From: an uncultured virus (IMG/VR IMGVR_UViG_3300008116_000021)
Lineage: Duplodnaviria > Heunggongvirae > Uroviricota > Caudoviricetes
Length of the DNA stretch: 57,475 nucleotides
Strand: one strand, 5' to 3'
Virus record (IMG/VR): IMGVR_UViG_3300008116_000021
This document shows positions 43,379 through 53,311 of the stretch, in pieces. Both the position numbers and the translations under genes were made by a program. Positions within the stretch are counted from its first letter, which is position 1. Each line of letters opens with the position of its first letter. A model generated the notes under the pieces. It searched no databases, was not told the origin of the DNA, and was given only the letters and a program-made list of their open reading frames with translations.

Positions 43379-43411
43379 AATTCTTTAATAACTTATACTA
43401 ATTTATAAGAG

Positions 43412-43511
43412 AAAAAAGGAGGGTATAAACCCCCCCTTGTTAACCACCAACTCACCTCTCCCACCACAGAGAGGGTCTTCATTCCCAAAGATACAAGGAT
43501 GTTGAAGACCT
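43412..43511 (-). ncRNA. putative stand-alone ~100-nt structured small RNA
   Basis: Perfect promoter upstream; hairpins GGTCTTCA/TGAAGACC and CCTCTC/GAGAGG; G-rich terminator hairpin followed by T6. Confidence 0.6.
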
Positions 43512-43515
43512 TGAT

Positions 43516-43544
43516 ATTATAAGAGAAAAAGACAAAAATGTCAA
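43516..43544 (-). promoter_or_regulatory. consensus sigma70 promoter TTGACA-N17-TATAAT
   Basis: Hexamers at 43544-43539 and 43521-43516. Confidence 0.85.
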
Positions 43545-43545
43545 A

Positions 43546-46500
43546 TCAACCCTGAGATTCGGTCCAGGTTACTCGTCCAGAAATAGCTCTTGTTTGCCCC
43601 GAAATATTTGTGGCAAAAACAGTTAATGTATCTGGTCCATCAGGATAAATGCCAGGTCCACCGAGAATACTATTACCAAGTTCACGAATTGTCGTGATTG
43701 GATAAGTAGTATTTGCAAATCTACCTTGTCCATCTTCTGCGAAAAATGCAGTAATAACATCTCCCCCACTAAATGCACCACCAGTGAAACTATGGTCAAT
43801 ATATTGTGCAATAGATCCGTTAGGAGCTCTTCTCCAGTTAGCAGTGTTATTTAATACATTCGATTCAGCATTAATTCTGACCTCGATAGCAAAATTACCA
43901 TTAGCAGAAAGACCAATACTATCAAGAGATAGAGAAGATCTATTAATTAAGTTTCGAACTCCATAAAATCCAGGAATACCAAAGTCAACACTAGGCGCCA
44001 ATCTAAGAGTTATAAGAGCAACTCTTACATTATTACCAACAAATTGATATCCACCAACACCTTGTGCTGTTTGTGCCGTAAAGAGGTATGCTTTATCAAC
44101 ATCAAATCTACCATCCATAATCACAGAAACACCCCAATGACTTAAAGAAGGAGAGCAATTCTGATTAATTGATAACCAAGTATCATTTATTCCAGCAGTT
44201 GTTGGTCCACCAAGAAGACCACCAATATTTCTAGTTATTAAGTTTAATGTTCTAACACTTCCTGCTAATCCTCCCTTCGTATAATTAATGTATTCATTAT
44301 TAATTGCGATTGTGCCTGAAGGTGGTAAGAAAATAGCTTCGGATTCATTTACATTAATAGTCGATGATCCACTTGTCATTGAAGTCAATAATTTACCAGA
44401 CTTAGATTTAGATGAAATTTCAAATCTACCTGGTAGGTTACCAGTTCTCATATATGCTTCGGTATTAATATTATTTTGTTTTACTTCATGAACATAATGA
44501 ATATATCCATCTGTTGTTCTAATTCCCCAACGAACTTTACCAGCACCATACCAAGAATAATCAATAAAGACCATTTGCATTCTATTTGGATCTAGAGTGT
44601 ATTTACTTTCTCCAGTTCCATCTAGTTTGTCTATATTGAATTGATCTTGTCTGTAACGTTCATCGGTTGTTTTAACAATTTTAACATCAGTTACTGACGT
44701 TGATCTATAATCAGGAGAAACAGTTAAATCAGTATCACTGCTTATTTTTGTAACAAGATAATTTCCACCTTTGATAATGATATTATCTTCTTCTTTAAGT
44801 TGAGTTAAAAATTTAGTATTTGTTCCTATTACCGAAGAAGAATTTTGTGCAATTGCAATTCTTCCTGCCAATTGATTTGTACTGGATCTTTTTACAGCAT
44901 GTAGATATTTTCCATCATGCTCAAAAAATATTCCATTTTGGTCATCGAACAAACCAGATCTTACTGTAGCATCATTCCATTCAATAACTTCAACTCTTGG
45001 GGTTCCTCCAGGATTAGTATCAGTTGGCAGTCCACCATTACCAGCACTTACATTTACGTTAATTGTAAATGTAGTTCTATTCACAATGGTGGCAACTCTG
45101 TACTCCCCATTATAAGGGTTATTTCCACTCGTAACAGTAAATCCAGTTAATTTGACTTTGGCGCCCTGTAAGTAAGTACTGGAACTAGTGAATCCATGTT
45201 CTTGATCTGTTGTAATAGTCAAAGAATAAACTTCGTTTGTTCCAACTTGATAAACGTTTGTTAAAACACTCCAGGTAGATGCATCATAAACTGGTCTAAA
45301 AAGAATACCAGTAGAGAACATAATGCCTTTACCAGACTGATATCTAAAATATTTACGTGTTTGTCTGATAATTTGGCAATTTGGACTATTTGAAGATGGG
45401 TTAATTTGAACTCCACCATCCAAATATCTATGAGATGCAATTCCCTCATTTCTGACATAGACATTAGTAGATCCACTACTTAATGTTGTGGTACTAGCAT
45501 AATTCGTTAATTCTCCAGTTACATATTCAACTGCAGTATCACTTACCACTCTACTTACGTCACGAGCACCAATCCATGTTGCAGAGCTTGAAGCGGTTGA
45601 ATCTACAATATAAAGTTTTGATCCTATATGTAATGAATGATTAGAGAGAAAGTTTATTCTTGCTCTTGTTGTTCCAGAAACAGATTGGATATTATTTAGT
45701 GGTAATGAAGAATTAGTAAAAAATCCTCCAGTATAGAGTGCAGTATAATCTGTTTTTTGATCTCCAACATACGCTGTTGGAGATCTATGTACAAATCTAA
45801 ATGAAGTTGTAGAAACTACTTGTGTAATCAAAAATGCTCCATCAAGATATAAAGTATCTTTGGTTTCTTTTAAAATGATAGGATTACCAATTGCAAAAGG
45901 AACTGCTGGTGCGGTAGAAACTGTAACTTGTAAGGCATTAGATGATCCAGTTTGTCCCCAAGCAACTCTAAATGCTTGTCCTGTAGTGTATGGTGCAGCT
46001 CCATTAATATTAGGAGTCCATGTTGCTAAGTATGAAGTAGAAGGTCCACTGCCATCTTGTAATCCGGTAACTCCATTTTGTTGTTGGTTAGCAACATAAT
46101 GAAGTTCAATATTATTTTGCCCTTCGGGGAATCTTAATTCAACTACGATAGAATTGAGTGGTCCACTGAAACTAGATCCTTCCCATCTAACAATCCAAGT
46201 TCTATTTGGAGCAGTACCAATTGTGATATCACCTAACCATTGAATTCTCTGATCAGCTGCGTTCCATTTTAAACCAGGTAAACCTGCTGGTTGATCCTCC
46301 CCAGCTAAGTTAGAGTATTGACCAGATCCTCCACCAAAAGTAACATATCCATTACTACCAAAGAATGCTCCAGTATAAACAGTACCTAAAAAGTTAATAT
46401 TAAAAGGTGAATTTATAAAAAAGTTAGTATCATCAAAGTTACCAGAAAAGTACTGGGTCATTCCAGCTCTACCATTCTCTAAGAAAGTGGTATTAGTTGC

Positions 46501-47010
46501 AGAACCAGTATACCCACCAGAAGCAGCGGGTAAAATACTTAAAATATCTGAAGCTGTGAATGCTGGTTCGTTTGCTCTTTGGAAAATACTTGAAATATTA
46601 TTTTGAAGTTGCACAGATTCCCATTTTGTTGCCTGTAAAGAATACTCAAAGTCAGTATCCATCAATGCTTGAGGGGTTGACACCCTCATTTTTTCTACAG
46701 GATCTTGATAGGTAAGGTTTGGCGAAATTTGAGTTTCTTTATAATACTCATCAACATAGATCTGCAATTGATGAGAGGCAGACATTGAACTTGTATTAGT
46801 TTGAAGTGTCAATGTCGTTATATTTGTGGCATCACTATAAGTCGCGGTTCCACCCAATCCAGAAGACGCAAAATTATAAATGATTGTATTGGTTGAAGTA
46901 TTTGTGATTAACAAAAATCTAGCCAATTCATAGTAACCAGGTATTGCAATCGTTCCTACGTTAGCATTGCCTGGTGTAAATGTATATTGATGAACAAGTT
47001 TTTTTGCCAT
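43546..47010 (-). CDS. large virion structural protein (tail/baseplate-associated) with a NIDO-like insert
   Basis: YTFTP...LLITN...IIYNF N-terminus, DPVEKMRVSTPQALMDTDFEY, RQTRKYFRYQSGKG, SWYGAG; late promoter upstream. Confidence 0.8.
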   Translation of the reverse strand: MAKKLVHQYTFTPGNANVGTIAIPGYYELARFLLITNTSTNTIIYNFASSGLGGTATYSDATNITTLTLQTNTSSMSASHQLQIYVDEYYKETQISPNLTYQDPVEKMRVSTPQALMDTDFEYSLQATKWESVQLQNNISSIFQRANEPAFTASDILSILPAASGGYTGSATNTTFLENGRAGMTQYFSGNFDDTNFFINSPFNINFLGTVYTGAFFGSNGYVTFGGGSGQYSNLAGEDQPAGLPGLKWNAADQRIQWLGDITIGTAPNRTWIVRWEGSSFSGPLNSIVVELRFPEGQNNIELHYVANQQQNGVTGLQDGSGPSTSYLATWTPNINGAAPYTTGQAFRVAWGQTGSSNALQVTVSTAPAVPFAIGNPIILKETKDTLYLDGAFLITQVVSTTSFRFVHRSPTAYVGDQKTDYTALYTGGFFTNSSLPLNNIQSVSGTTRARINFLSNHSLHIGSKLYIVDSTASSSATWIGARDVSRVVSDTAVEYVTGELTNYASTTTLSSGSTNVYVRNEGIASHRYLDGGVQINPSSNSPNCQIIRQTRKYFRYQSGKGIMFSTGILFRPVYDASTWSVLTNVYQVGTNEVYSLTITTDQEHGFTSSSTYLQGAKVKLTGFTVTSGNNPYNGEYRVATIVNRTTFTINVNVSAGNGGLPTDTNPGGTPRVEVIEWNDATVRSGLFDDQNGIFFEHDGKYLHAVKRSSTNQLAGRIAIAQNSSSVIGTNTKFLTQLKEEDNIIIKGGNYLVTKISSDTDLTVSPDYRSTSVTDVKIVKTTDERYRQDQFNIDKLDGTGESKYTLDPNRMQMVFIDYSWYGAGKVRWGIRTTDGYIHYVHEVKQNNINTEAYMRTGNLPGRFEISSKSKSGKLLTSMTSGSSTINVNESEAIFLPPSGTIAINNEYINYTKGGLAGSVRTLNLITRNIGGLLGGPTTAGINDTWLSINQNCSPSLSHWGVSVIMDGRFDVDKAYLFTAQTAQGVGGYQFVGNNVRVALITLRLAPSVDFGIPGFYGVRNLINRSSLSLDSIGLSANGNFAIEVRINAESNVLNNTANWRRAPNGSIAQYIDHSFTGGAFSGGDVITAFFAEDGQGRFANTTYPITTIRELGNSILGGPGIYPDGPDTLTVFATNISGQTRAISGRVTWTESQG

Positions 47011-47048
47011 TCTTCAGTACCTATCGTGTTACTATTTATTAAATTACC

Positions 47049-49880
47049 CTAAGGCAATTGCAAAGGCAATTGCCTAGAACCATCACCAACAAATTGAGTT
47101 GCTGTTACAATGCCAACAATTCTAGCATTACCAAAAACAGTTAATGGTGAAGTTGGATTTGATGTGTTTATTCCAATATTATCAATGTATGCAGTATTCC
47201 AGTGGGCAGATGGAGTTCCAAGATTAAGACTGCCATCAGCAGGAGAAAAATTTGATCCAGTAAATCTAATTTGCGTATAAGAAGATAAACCTTCTCTAAG
47301 ATAAAAATTAATCTCACCATTTCCAGTGATTCCAGGAACTCCACCAACAAATTCTATTGCAGTATCACCATAAGTTCCACCAGAACCTTCTACTTGAATT
47401 TTAGATGAACTATTTAAAAGCAGACTACCTGTTAACCTTTCATCACCAGTAACATAGAGTTTTGTAGCAAACCCAGCTCCAGAAGGATTTGTGGTTCCTA
47501 TACCAACATTTGAAAGTGTATGAATACCAGCATTTGTTGTAACCCATTGGGTACTAATTCCACTTAGTCCGGAACCACCAGAAAATAGAGTTCCGTTTTG
47601 ATATAAATTTCCTGTGAAATTTATATCTCCGCTAACATCTAGTTTTTTTGACGGATTTGTGGTTCCTATACCGATATTACCAGTGGGTCCAGAATGTACA
47701 TAAGTATTTCTGGTTTCATCAAAGACATAAACAACACCAGAACTATCACCAGAACCTGCTTGTTCATCACCAAAAGCACCAACAACAATCGTCTTACCAT
47801 CGGCACTTGTTGCTACTGAATATCCAAAGACATCACCAGAATCAACCGCAAGAGAACCAGTAAGAATTCCTACTTGATTAAATGAGTTTCCTTGTCTTTT
47901 AAAAATATAAACAACACCAGAACCAGCACCAGAACCTGCCTGTTCATCACCAATAGCACCAACAATAATCGTCTTACCATCGGCACTTGTTGCTACTGAT
48001 CTTCCAAAGTTATCATCAGAATTAACCGCAAGAGAACCAGTAAGAATTCCTACCTGATTGAATGAACCACCTACACGGTCATAGACATAAACAACACCAG
48101 AACTATCACCAGAACCTGTTTGCTCATCATTAACAGCACCAACAATAATCGTCTTACCATCGGCACTTGTTGCTACTGACCATCCAAAGAAATCAGCAGA
48201 ATCAATCGCAAGAGAACCAGTAACAATTCCTACCTGATTGAATGAACCACCTACACGGTCAAAGACATAAACAACACCAGAACCAGCACCAGAACCTGCT
48301 TGTTCATCAAGAAAAGCACCAACAACAATCGTCTTACCATCGGCACTTGTTGCTACTGACCATCCAAAGGCATCAGAAGCATTAACCGCAAGAGAACCAG
48401 TAAGAATTCCTACTTGATTAAATGAGTTTCCTACACGGTCAAAGACATAAACAACACCAGAATCAGCACCAGAACCTGTTTGTTCATCTTGATAAGCACC
48501 AACAACAATCGTCTTACCATCGGCACTTGTTGCTACTGATTGTCCAAATCTATCATTAGCATTAACCGCAAGAGAACCAGTAAGAATTCCTACTTGATTA
48601 AATGAGTTTCCTACACGGTCATAGACATAAACAACACCAGAACTAGCACCAGAACCTGTTTGCTGATCATTAACAGCACCAACAATAATCGTCTTACCAT
48701 CGGCACTTGTTGCTACTGAATTTCCAAAGTTATCATTAGCATCAACCGCAAGAGAACCAGTAAGAATTCCTACCTGATTGAATGAACTACCTATACGGTC
48801 ATAGACATAAACAACACCAGAACCAGCACCAGAACCTGTTTGCTCATCAAAACTAGCACCAACAACAATCGTCTTACCATCGGCACTTGTTGCTACTGAA
48901 TTTCCAAAGTTATCACCAGAATCAACCGCAAGAGAACCAGTAAGAATTCCTGCTCGATTATAAGTAGAAATACCAGCAATACTTAAAGCAGAATTAGAAG
49001 TTTCACTATGAGAAGCATAGGATACTAAATGAGTTCCTGATAGGTTTCTTAAGTTACTTCCACCACCTATGAATTCTGTAGCAGTCACTACACCAACACT
49101 CATTCCAAGTGAAGAAGTATTTCCAAGACCTAATGTAGTACCAAGAGTTTGAGATCCACCACCACCACCAGTAATATTAATAGTCGCAGTTCCAGAGGCA
49201 ACACTTGCTGTAACTCCAGGACCAGTGAAATTTAATGTTGTTGCAGATCCTTGTGGAGTTCCTTCATCTTGGATTGTCAGTGATCCTCCACCTCCACCTC
49301 CAGAAGCACCCTTTGCTCCAATATAACGATACGCTACTAAGTATAAATCATTTGCACCTAACGTAGATGGAACATTAGTATCCGCAAAGTTTAAAACTCC
49401 AGAAGCATAATCAAAATACCAAGAATCATTATTACCAGATCCACCACTGTTTAATGCATTAGATGGATTAACAGATCCACTAACTAATGGTCCAACATAA
49501 ATTTTAGCAAGATAAGTTGATCCAAAGTTACCTGGATCAATCCAATCGCCAACTCTAGTAGATTCATTATTGTATGTTGTTGTTGCAAACCAAGTTCTAT
49601 TGCCAGTGATTGTAGAGTCTTTTGTCATCCTCAAAGGAGTTGATGCACCATATACCTGAACATAAGCAGTTGAAGCTGCGGGTGCCGTTGGTGGTATATT
49701 CGCAGATTCTGCCCAAATAGAACTATTTGGGACAACTAAAGCTGAACCAATCGCCTCCTCATTAGGATCTTTTCCAACACCACTAATTGATCCGGTTCCC
49801 TTTACAGATCCTGTTTTTGTAACAGCATAAGAAAGTTTTTTAAATATAATATCAATTTTCTGCTGATCGGTAAGTGCCAT
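47049..49880 (-). CDS. tail fibre/adhesin with 7-bladed FG-GAP beta-propeller; 3' end apparently frameshifted
   Basis: 7x FG.SVATSADGKTI.VGA..D...G.VYV; VGIGTTNP linkers. Confidence 0.85.
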   Translation of the reverse strand: MALTDQQKIDIIFKKLSYAVTKTGSVKGTGSISGVGKDPNEEAIGSALVVPNSSIWAESANIPPTAPAASTAYVQVYGASTPLRMTKDSTITGNRTWFATTTYNNESTRVGDWIDPGNFGSTYLAKIYVGPLVSGSVNPSNALNSGGSGNNDSWYFDYASGVLNFADTNVPSTLGANDLYLVAYRYIGAKGASGGGGGGSLTIQDEGTPQGSATTLNFTGPGVTASVASGTATINITGGGGGSQTLGTTLGLGNTSSLGMSVGVVTATEFIGGGSNLRNLSGTHLVSYASHSETSNSALSIAGISTYNRAGILTGSLAVDSGDNFGNSVATSADGKTIVVGASFDEQTGSGAGSGVVYVYDRIGSSFNQVGILTGSLAVDANDNFGNSVATSADGKTIIVGAVNDQQTGSGASSGVVYVYDRVGNSFNQVGILTGSLAVNANDRFGQSVATSADGKTIVVGAYQDEQTGSGADSGVVYVFDRVGNSFNQVGILTGSLAVNASDAFGWSVATSADGKTIVVGAFLDEQAGSGAGSGVVYVFDRVGGSFNQVGIVTGSLAIDSADFFGWSVATSADGKTIIVGAVNDEQTGSGDSSGVVYVYDRVGGSFNQVGILTGSLAVNSDDNFGRSVATSADGKTIIVGAIGDEQAGSGAGSGVVYIFKRQGNSFNQVGILTGSLAVDSGDVFGYSVATSADGKTIVVGAFGDEQAGSGDSSGVVYVFDETRNTYVHSGPTGNIGIGTTNPSKKLDVSGDINFTGNLYQNGTLFSGGSGLSGISTQWVTTNAGIHTLSNVGIGTTNPSGAGFATKLYVTGDERLTGSLLLNSSSKIQVEGSGGTYGDTAIEFVGGVPGITGNGEINFYLREGLSSYTQIRFTGSNFSPADGSLNLGTPSAHWNTAYIDNIGINTSNPTSPLTVFGNARIVGIVTATQFVGDGSRQLPLQLP
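47485..47546. repeat. 62-bp linker repeat (WVTTNAGIHTLSNVGIGTTNP); identical copies at 52452-52513 and 54318-54379
   Basis: Direct comparison of the three segments. Confidence 0.9.
47722..48951. repeat. tandem array of ~7 x 180-bp FG-GAP repeats
   Basis: Exact 180-bp periodicity; gtcttaccatcggcacttgttgctactga is invariant. Confidence 0.95.
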
Positions 49881-49895
49881 AGTTGATTTCCTCCT

Positions 49896-51608
49896 TTAAC
49901 CAGGTGCCATAGATAAACTAGTTATAGACTGACCAGCATCCAATCTAAACCTTATTAAAATAACATTGTCAGAACTTTGAGCAGTGTTTACTGTTCCCAA
50001 AGTCAATTTTCTAGCTGAAGATGTAGATCCAGGAGCACCACAACCATTTGTACCATTACCACCAGCTCCAGTGCCAGGAACACCAGCACCAGCATAAGCA
50101 ACTTGTCCATTAGACCATCCATTAGTAGCACTATTCGCAGTTGTCCAGGTGGTGTTAGTAGGAACATTCATCCATAATCCAGCATAAGTGCCAGTTATAT
50201 TAATAGTCACCCAGGCGCCACCAGTTGTTGCTCTAGTAACTTTATATGTTATGTATTGAGCACCAGATCTTCCGACAGAATAATTTGGTTGAGTTGCAGA
50301 TGGAAAATATCCTGTAGTATAATCAATCTGATTATGAGATAAAACTCCCCCAACAATTGCTGCTTCATAAAGTGGGAGTGTTGCTGCTTGTGCCCAAATA
50401 CCTGCATAGTCTCCACTCGTATACGTTGGGTTATCATTCGCACTTAGAGAAAAAGTTCGAACAATATTTCCGGTTAATCCAGTCAATGTAGTTGGTAGGA
50501 TAAGTTCATCTGGTTTATTACCAGATGAAGTTCCAGAATAGAGTAAAATACTTCCAGTATATGATGGTGTACCGGCGGCAGTTCCATATGGTGTAGTAAT
50601 TGTTGCTGATCCAAAATGTGCTGAACTAACTATTTGAAATTGACTATTTACTGGAACAAAGCTTGTAGTATGAGTTACGTTTGATGCCACACCATAATTT
50701 TGTGCTGGTGGATTTGCACCACCAGTAAAGTCAGTATAAGTCTTAGTCATTGCACCATACCAAGAAGGAGTTCCAGATCCAGCATTAATGTTAACTGGAT
50801 TATCTTGGTACATATCTCCAGTTAATTTTCCACATGTTAAAACTGCAGTAAAAGCATTGCTTGCATTATTGTCTAAATGTTTTACACCAGAAGAATTTCT
50901 AATATTTGGAGATGCTGGGGGAGACACTGTTCCCCAAGATATTGTTGGTGCCCCTGGAGAACTATAGTCTTGATACCAAACATTTGAACTATTTTTTGTC
51001 GTTGTATAAGTAGCACTATCAATTTGTTCTAGATAAAATACATTAAATCCATTAGGTATTGGTGGAGTTCCATTTGTTGTTATTCCACCAGAACCAGAAC
51101 TACCAATTTTAGCATCAAAAATATTGTAGAATCCAGCACTAATTGCTTTACCATTTACCTGCTTCGCGGCAGTCGTACCATCATAGTAAAGGAAGGCATC
51201 TCGATCAGTTGAAATATATAATCCCTGAGTTCCCGTATTACCATTGGGTAAGAAAGTTCCCATGTCAATTCCAGTCGTCATGGTTCTTAAACCAACAACT
51301 GTATTATTCATATATGCTCTTAATGTTCCACTTTCTGCAACTCCACGATGTTGAATAGTGCTAGAAGACATTGATGCATTTCTATTTCTAGCATAAGATG
51401 TTCCTGCAGTTGGTGTAATAACTCCTCCTGTATTATTTGTTGGTGTAAAGTTGCAAAGTTTATAAGTTCCAGACGCTGTATATCCGGTAATACCAGAAGA
51501 ACTACCAGATAGTGTTAGTGTATTACCACCATACGTTGCATTAGTTTCACCAATAGTTGGTGGAGCACCTGGTACAAGTTTTCCAAGAATAGTATTTAAA
51601 CTATCCAC
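49896..51608 (-). CDS. C-terminal part of a large fibre/structural protein
   Basis: Frame stays open upstream to ~51830, through the 114-bp repeat, with no proper start; Gly/Thr/Ser-rich. Confidence 0.7.
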   Translation of the reverse strand: MDSLNTILGKLVPGAPPTIGETNATYGGNTLTLSGSSSGITGYTASGTYKLCNFTPTNNTGGVITPTAGTSYARNRNASMSSSTIQHRGVAESGTLRAYMNNTVVGLRTMTTGIDMGTFLPNGNTGTQGLYISTDRDAFLYYDGTTAAKQVNGKAISAGFYNIFDAKIGSSGSGGITTNGTPPIPNGFNVFYLEQIDSATYTTTKNSSNVWYQDYSSPGAPTISWGTVSPPASPNIRNSSGVKHLDNNASNAFTAVLTCGKLTGDMYQDNPVNINAGSGTPSWYGAMTKTYTDFTGGANPPAQNYGVASNVTHTTSFVPVNSQFQIVSSAHFGSATITTPYGTAAGTPSYTGSILLYSGTSSGNKPDELILPTTLTGLTGNIVRTFSLSANDNPTYTSGDYAGIWAQAATLPLYEAAIVGGVLSHNQIDYTTGYFPSATQPNYSVGRSGAQYITYKVTRATTGGAWVTINITGTYAGLWMNVPTNTTWTTANSATNGWSNGQVAYAGAGVPGTGAGGNGTNGCGAPGSTSSARKLTLGTVNTAQSSDNVILIRFRLDAGQSITSLSMAPG

Positions 51609-51705
51609 AGCATCAGTAACAGTTGTAGTTGTTAGAAGTGTTGCTGCACCAGCTAACGATCCGTCTGTAGGAGTACCTAGTTGAATAGCATTACCAACAC
51701 CACCT

Positions 51706-51819
51706 CCACCACCTCCAGATCCAGTTACAGTAACAATGCCAGCAGATAAAGCAGATACACTTAAGTTAGCACCAAAATCAATTGATGATGCTGTACCTAC
51801 TAGAGTACCATCATCCCTA
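51706..51819. repeat. 114-bp direct repeat, copy B (RDDGTLVGTASSIDFGANLSVSALSAGIVTVTGSGGG)
   Basis: Identical to 52533-52646. Confidence 0.92.
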
Positions 51820-52651
51820 CTATGCCAACATCAAAGTTCTCATTACCAACAATCCAATACTTGGAATCATTAGCATCAGTTCTTACACCAATAGCAAGTT
51901 GTCTATCTTTAGTTGTGTCTGGAGAATCAAAGACATTTCCAAAAGGATCACCACTTCCAATAATAATTTTGAAAGATGCATTAGCAGATAGTCCTGTGTT
52001 TCCGCCCAAATATATACTAGAATTTCCAGTTTGATTAGAAGATCCAGCAGATGCTCCAAGATAAACATTATAATCACCACTAGTATTTAATTGTCCAGAA
52101 CCATGACCAAAGGCACTATTCAAATAACCAGTAAGATTACTCTGCCCAGATGATCTACCCACAAAGGTATTATTAAAACCACCAGTATTATAATAACCAG
52201 CAACATGTCCTACAAATGTATTTCCATCACTATTGGAAAAATACCCAGATTCTTGTCCAATAAAAGTATTGTAATCCCCACTTGAGAGTGAACTTCCAGC
52301 TCCAGCACCTATTAAAATATTTCCAGATCTAGAATATGGTGATAATAATTTTCCAGTTTGCGAATCTCCTATTTTTATTTGAGATGTAGTTTCACCAAAC
52401 CAAGTATATGTACTAAATCCAATAACTCCACCAATCTCAAGTTTTGTTTGTGGATTTGTGGTTCCTATACCAACATTTGAAAGTGTATGAATACCAGCAT
52501 TTGTTGTAACCCACTGAGTGCTAATACCACTACCACCACCTCCAGATCCAGTTACAGTAACAATGCCAGCAGATAAAGCAGATACACTTAAGTTAGCACC
52601 AAAATCAATTGATGATGCTGTACCTACTAGAGTACCATCATCCCTAACCAA
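51800..52651 (-). CDS. middle fragment of a tail fibre (N.F.G..AG beta-roll repeats)
   Basis: Begins at repeat copy A and runs out of frame into copy B. Confidence 0.6.
   Translation of the reverse strand: MVRDDGTLVGTASSIDFGANLSVSALSAGIVTVTGSGGGGSGISTQWVTTNAGIHTLSNVGIGTTNPQTKLEIGGVIGFSTYTWFGETTSQIKIGDSQTGKLLSPYSRSGNILIGAGAGSSLSSGDYNTFIGQESGYFSNSDGNTFVGHVAGYYNTGGFNNTFVGRSSGQSNLTGYLNSAFGHGSGQLNTSGDYNVYLGASAGSSNQTGNSSIYLGGNTGLSANASFKIIIGSGDPFGNVFDSPDTTKDRQLAIGVRTDANDSKYWIVGNENFDVGIVGMMVL
52533..52646. repeat. 114-bp direct repeat, copy A
   Basis: Identical to 51706-51819. Confidence 0.92.
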
Positions 52652-53267
52652 TAACGTGTAGTTTTGATGTTGGATTTGTGGTTCCTATGCCAACATTACC
52701 AGAAATATATACCCCTAATGTTGTAGTTGCAGTTCCAATTTGAAGTGCTTGGTTTACTGTCCCAGTAGAAGTTCCAGAACCTATGATTTGGGTTCCCAGC
52801 AACCAAAAATTTCTAAATCTCGAAGAAGATCTTCCTAAATCAACTGCGCCAAGACTTGGACTAAAATCTCCAACATTTGAATCAACTATATTTGCAGTAA
52901 AATCAATGAAACTTACGTTTCCAGCAGCAAAATTTAGTTTTCCACCGTTTATCCCATTACTTCCACTAACATAAGATGGAGCAGAGCTGCCCCCCCAACA
53001 AATCATGTAATTAGAAGTTAAGTTTATATCTCCAGCATTAATAGCTAGTTTTAGGGTTGGTAGACCAATTGATGCTGGATTGGTTACTCCAATTCCAAGA
53101 GGACCTTGTACATAACCGCCACCAGTAACTTGAAGATTTTGTGATGCTGTTCCAGTTGAGGTTGCAGATCCAACAATAAATGGACCAATTCCTACCTCTA
53201 CTTTACTCGCATTGATTATATTTCTACTATCATCAATAATAGTTGAGCCAGATATCTTAATTGCCAT
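52644..53267 (-). CDS. N-terminal fragment of a tail fibre
   Basis: MAIKISGSTIIDDSRNI start, late promoter upstream; stops abruptly at KLHVIG*. Confidence 0.7.
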   Translation of the reverse strand: MAIKISGSTIIDDSRNIINASKVEVGIGPFIVGSATSTGTASQNLQVTGGGYVQGPLGIGVTNPASIGLPTLKLAINAGDINLTSNYMICWGGSSAPSYVSGSNGINGGKLNFAAGNVSFIDFTANIVDSNVGDFSPSLGAVDLGRSSSRFRNFWLLGTQIIGSGTSTGTVNQALQIGTATTTLGVYISGNVGIGTTNPTSKLHVIG

Positions 53268-53311
53268 TTACGTTACCGTCGTCGTGTTTCCACTGGGTAT
53301 ATTGTTATTAT

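Noticed and set aside
47722..48951. Possible CRISPR array or DGR template/variable pair
   Set aside because: Repeats are in-frame 180-bp coding units without unique spacers; no cas or reverse transcriptase gene in the window.
51815..52650. Programmed ribosomal frameshifting at the two fibre junctions
   Set aside because: Shifts are in opposite directions, there is no slippery heptamer, and protein motifs are truncated at both joins, which points to deletion or mis-assembly.
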